From Candidatus Saccharibacteria bacterium oral taxon 488 (GTDB lineage: Bacteria > Patescibacteriota > Saccharimonadia > Saccharimonadales > Saccharimonadaceae), in assembly GCA_010202845.1 (NCBI GenBank), contig CP047921.1, positions 510,001 through 542,000 on the forward strand: a stretch of 32,000 bases of DNA. The letters run 5' to 3'. Below the pieces are notes generated by a model. The model did no database searches. It had not been told where the DNA came from and worked only from the letters and a program-made list of their open reading frames with translations. A program made the position numbers and the translations under genes. Positions 29,266 to 32,000 of the stretch are shown here, in pieces (position 1 is the stretch's first letter; each line of letters opens with the position of its first letter).

Positions 29266-30690
29266 CTACTCCATTGTCCGAATCTGGATATTATCGGTCT
29301 TGCCCGGCCGGCCCGGTTGATGGCCACTAACCAATACCAACGTCACTGGATCCTCGCCAAAGTAACCTTCGGCCTTCAATTCTTCTGCTAATTTATTGGC
29401 CGAACCCAGGCCACTTGGACGAACGTATGAGCGCGTGGCGTAACTGAGTGCTAATTTTTGAGCGGTTTTTTGGCTATCAGTCACGCTAATAATCGGCATA
29501 TTCGGCCGAAAGGCGCCGACATTCACCGCAGTTACACCCGTACTAGTCTCGGCAATAATTGCCCGCGCCTTAAGCTCTGTGGCTAACCGCGCCGCCGTGT
29601 AGCTGAGCAGCGCATCGTGCTTACGACGCTTCTCGCTTGACTCAACCGCCATGACATCACTGTGCTCCTGAGTGTACATAATCGTCCGGCGCATCGCCTG
29701 CACTGTCTCGATCGGATATTTACCGTTGGCCGTTTCATCCGACAACATCACCGTGTCAGCACCCTGGATGACCGCATTGGCAACATCGCTCACCTCAGCG
29801 CGAGATGGCTCAGGATTGTCAACCATACTGCCCATCATCTGTGTCGCGACGATACTGAGCTTAGAATATTTACGACAAAGAGCGATAATACGCCGTTGGA
29901 TAACTGGCACGATCTCGGCCCCAGCCTCAACCGCCAGGTCACCGCGCGCCACCATGATGCCGTCACTCGCCTTGACGATTTCCTCCAGATGCTCATCAGA
30001 GATCGCTGACTTGGTCTCGATTTTGGCAATAATATACGCATCCGAGCCCAGCGCCGTCAGCCGCGAGCGCAGATCGATAATGTCGTCCTCCGTCTGTACA
30101 AAACTAAGCGCCACATAATCAAAATCTTGATTGGCTGCCCACTCAATATCGGCGATATCTTTTGGTGTCAAGATATCACCACCAAAATCGGTATCTGGCA
30201 GATTCAACCCTTTACGGCTCATCAAAAATCCGTCATTCTGCACCTCCACCTTGATGGCCGTTGGGCCAGCAATTTCACGAACGATCGACTTGATCTTGCC
30301 ATCAAACATATACAGCGGCTCGCCAACTTTCATTTTCTCAGCGAGGTTATATTGGACAGGCAGATTGAAGCTTCCATTGTGTTCTGTAATCGACGAATCA
30401 AGCGTCAGCACATCACCAGCCCGCACCGTCAGCATGTTGTCTTTGAGAACGCCGAGGCGGATTTTTGGACCTTGAAGGTCTTGGAGAATGGCAACTGGTT
30501 TACCCTGCTCATGACTGGCCGTGCGGATCCAGTCGATTTGCTCACGCCGCTCGTCATAACTACCGTGGCTGAAATTCAGACGAAAGCCATTGACACCGGC
30601 CTGCATAAGTTGACTAATTTTATCCTGACTCATCGTTGCCGGACCGACAGTCGCTAGGATCTTGGTACGTTTAAAAATTGTGTTACTCAT
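29266..30690 (-). CDS. pyk: Pyruvate kinase
   Basis: The 474-aa ORF contains TKILATVGPA, NFSHGS, MVARGDLAVE and VATQMM. Confidence 0.95.
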   Translation of the reverse strand: MSNTIFKRTKILATVGPATMSQDKISQLMQAGVNGFRLNFSHGSYDERREQIDWIRTASHEQGKPVAILQDLQGPKIRLGVLKDNMLTVRAGDVLTLDSSITEHNGSFNLPVQYNLAEKMKVGEPLYMFDGKIKSIVREIAGPTAIKVEVQNDGFLMSRKGLNLPDTDFGGDILTPKDIADIEWAANQDFDYVALSFVQTEDDIIDLRSRLTALGSDAYIIAKIETKSAISDEHLEEIVKASDGIMVARGDLAVEAGAEIVPVIQRRIIALCRKYSKLSIVATQMMGSMVDNPEPSRAEVSDVANAVIQGADTVMLSDETANGKYPIETVQAMRRTIMYTQEHSDVMAVESSEKRRKHDALLSYTAARLATELKARAIIAETSTGVTAVNVGAFRPNMPIISVTDSQKTAQKLALSYATRSYVRPSGLGSANKLAEELKAEGYFGEDPVTLVLVSGHQPGRPGKTDNIQIRTME

Positions 30691-30697
30691 CCTTTTG

Positions 30698-30706
30698 ATT
30701 ATAACA
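30698..30706 (-). promoter_or_regulatory. Extended -10 promoter TGtTATAAT, 7 nt upstream of the pyk ATG (leaderless-type)
   Basis: The reverse complement of 30698-30706 is TGTTATAAT. Only caaaagg separates it from the ATG at 30690. Confidence 0.45.
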
Positions 30707-30736
30707 CCGGTTAGGCGCTGAGAAAAGATATAATCA

Positions 30737-31453
30737 CTATTCAGAATCCGCTGCCCGATATCGAGCGATTGCTTGGCGGGCGGCTTGCTGTTGAGCCACC
30801 TGCTTGGACGGACCCACGCCGCGCCCCATCAGCGTTTCACCAACGAATACCCCAAGCGTAAATACCTTATCATGATCTGGCCCTTCCTCACTCAAAACTT
30901 TATACATCGGCGTCTGACCATCAACACGCTGAGAAATTTCCTGCAAATACGACTTCGGATCGCGCCAGCTGCCTGATTCCAAAATTCCATCTAGCTTAAC
31001 GATAATATGCTTATGAATAAAATCGCGCGCATCGTCAAAGCCACGCTCCAAATAAATCGCGCCGATCACCGCCTCAAAGGCATTGGCTAAAATCTGCAAG
31101 TGCGCCCGATCCGAGCCATTTTTCTCACCCTTCGACATACGAATCAGCCGCCCGTAACCCAAGGCATCACCCGCACTGCCAATACTTTCCGTCCGCACCA
31201 GCGCTGCCCGCCAGGCTGTCAAAATCCCTTCCGGTTCAGAAAAATGTGTAAATAAGTACTCCGTTACCGCTAGCTCCAACACCGCATCACCTAAAAATTC
31301 CAGCCGCTCATTGTGGCAATGGACTGATTTTCGGTGTTCGTTCACATAACTACGATGAGTTAAAGCCGTAATCAGCAAATCCAAATTTGTAAACTCAAAA
31401 CCTAATTTTTCGCGCGCAAACTCCTGATACGGCGCCGTATTCATCCCGCTCAT
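30737..31453 (-). CDS. rnc: Ribonuclease III
   Basis: The 238-aa ORF has the signature ERLEFLGDAVLEL and a C-terminal dsRBD (…GPDHDKVFTLGVFV…AQQQAARQA). Its ATG abuts the upstream TAG (catcta at 31451-31456). Confidence 0.95.
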   Translation of the reverse strand: MSGMNTAPYQEFAREKLGFEFTNLDLLITALTHRSYVNEHRKSVHCHNERLEFLGDAVLELAVTEYLFTHFSEPEGILTAWRAALVRTESIGSAGDALGYGRLIRMSKGEKNGSDRAHLQILANAFEAVIGAIYLERGFDDARDFIHKHIIVKLDGILESGSWRDPKSYLQEISQRVDGQTPMYKVLSEEGPDHDKVFTLGVFVGETLMGRGVGPSKQVAQQQAARQAIARYRAADSE

Positions 31454-31951
31454 CTATAGATTCTCCTGCCTGATTCGCTTCATAGCGAGCAGAATCAGCT
31501 TGCCAATATCCTCATACTCGATCTCATCCAGCGCCTCATGAAAGGTAAACCACGCCAGGCCATTCATCCAGTCTTCTTTTTGCAGTTTTTCGTCCGGATC
31601 AAGCGCCTTCATCAGGTACACTTGCTGCGAAATCAGCACTAACTTATCAAGTCGGCGATAGCGAAAATTAATTTTGCCCAGCCAACCGCACACCTCGATG
31701 TTCTTGAGGCCAGCCTCCTCACCAACTTCACGCTTGGCAGCAGCCTGCGCTGTCTCGCCCGGCTCAACATGACCTTTGGGAATGGTCCAGCGATCCCGCG
31801 CGTCTTGGTAGAGCAGAAACTCAACATCACCCTTTTTATTGCGTCGAAACACCACGCCGCCGGCGGTTGGCTCGCGAACTATTTCTTGGATCGACGGTTT
31901 TTTGCGACCGCCAAAATATTTCTTGATATGATCAAAGCTGCTTGTCTTCAT
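31454..31951 (-). CDS. NUDIX hydrolase
   Basis: The Nudix box is GHVEPGETAQAAAKREVGEEAGL. I prefer the ATG at 31951 (MKTSSF), which has a GAGG SD 6 nt upstream. The open frame continues to 31993 near the window edge. Confidence 0.85.
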   Translation of the reverse strand: MKTSSFDHIKKYFGGRKKPSIQEIVREPTAGGVVFRRNKKGDVEFLLYQDARDRWTIPKGHVEPGETAQAAAKREVGEEAGLKNIEVCGWLGKINFRYRRLDKLVLISQQVYLMKALDPDEKLQKEDWMNGLAWFTFHEALDEIEYEDIGKLILLAMKRIRQENL

Positions 31952-32000
31952 CGGCATCCTCTTGAAGGGAGCGATACGCTGTGCCGAGCACACCGTTCAC

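Overview
This is a gene-dense window, roughly 90% coding. It looks like a reduced-genome, monoderm-type bacterium using the standard genetic code: TGA, TAG and TAA all terminate conserved genes. My guess is a Saccharibacteria/TM7-like CPR lineage, but that is inference only. I call 30 protein genes and one tRNA. 28 of the 30 CDS lie on the minus strand in tightly coupled operons with abutting TAG|ATG junctions and ATGA, TGATG or TAATG overlaps. Read in the direction of minus-strand transcription, the operons are: (1) nudix-rnc; (2) pyk-pgk-tpiA-(710-aa disordered, C-terminally anchored protein)-pcrA; (3) two tandem DUF348/G5 wall-enzyme paralogs-rsmA-pgeF-like-metG-tatD-two hypotheticals; (4) cysteine desulfurase-DUF218-mnmA; (5) rpsP; (6) an LAxTG-anchored DUF285 surface protein; (7) a short alaS; (8) ftsA-like-(537-aa bitopic protein)-ruvX-mltG; (9) KH protein; (10) trmD. 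Only tRNA-Gln(CUG), an orphan ParB-like gene and a small kinase-like orphan are on the plus strand. I saw no CRISPR array, rRNA, transposase, integrase or recognisable defence system. The candidates for something undescribed are all hypotheses that need searches or structure prediction. (a) An AT-richer plus-strand orphan has a WNK-style kinase glycine loop, a consensus promoter and a decayed 3' tail. (b) An FtsA-like ATPase plus membrane-partner module is inserted into the conserved alaS-ruvX-mltG block. (c) A 710-aa tail-anchored P/T/S-rich acidic protein is coupled to tpiA and pcrA. (d) An orphan ParB-like gene sits behind a 56-nt imperfect palindrome and repeated AAAATACCG motifs. (e) A pair of hypothetical genes with strong Shine-Dalgarno (SD) sites sits inside the metG-tatD operon. 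Extended -10 promoters (TGnTATAAT) recur, several only 6-8 nt from the start codon, which implies leaderless mRNAs.
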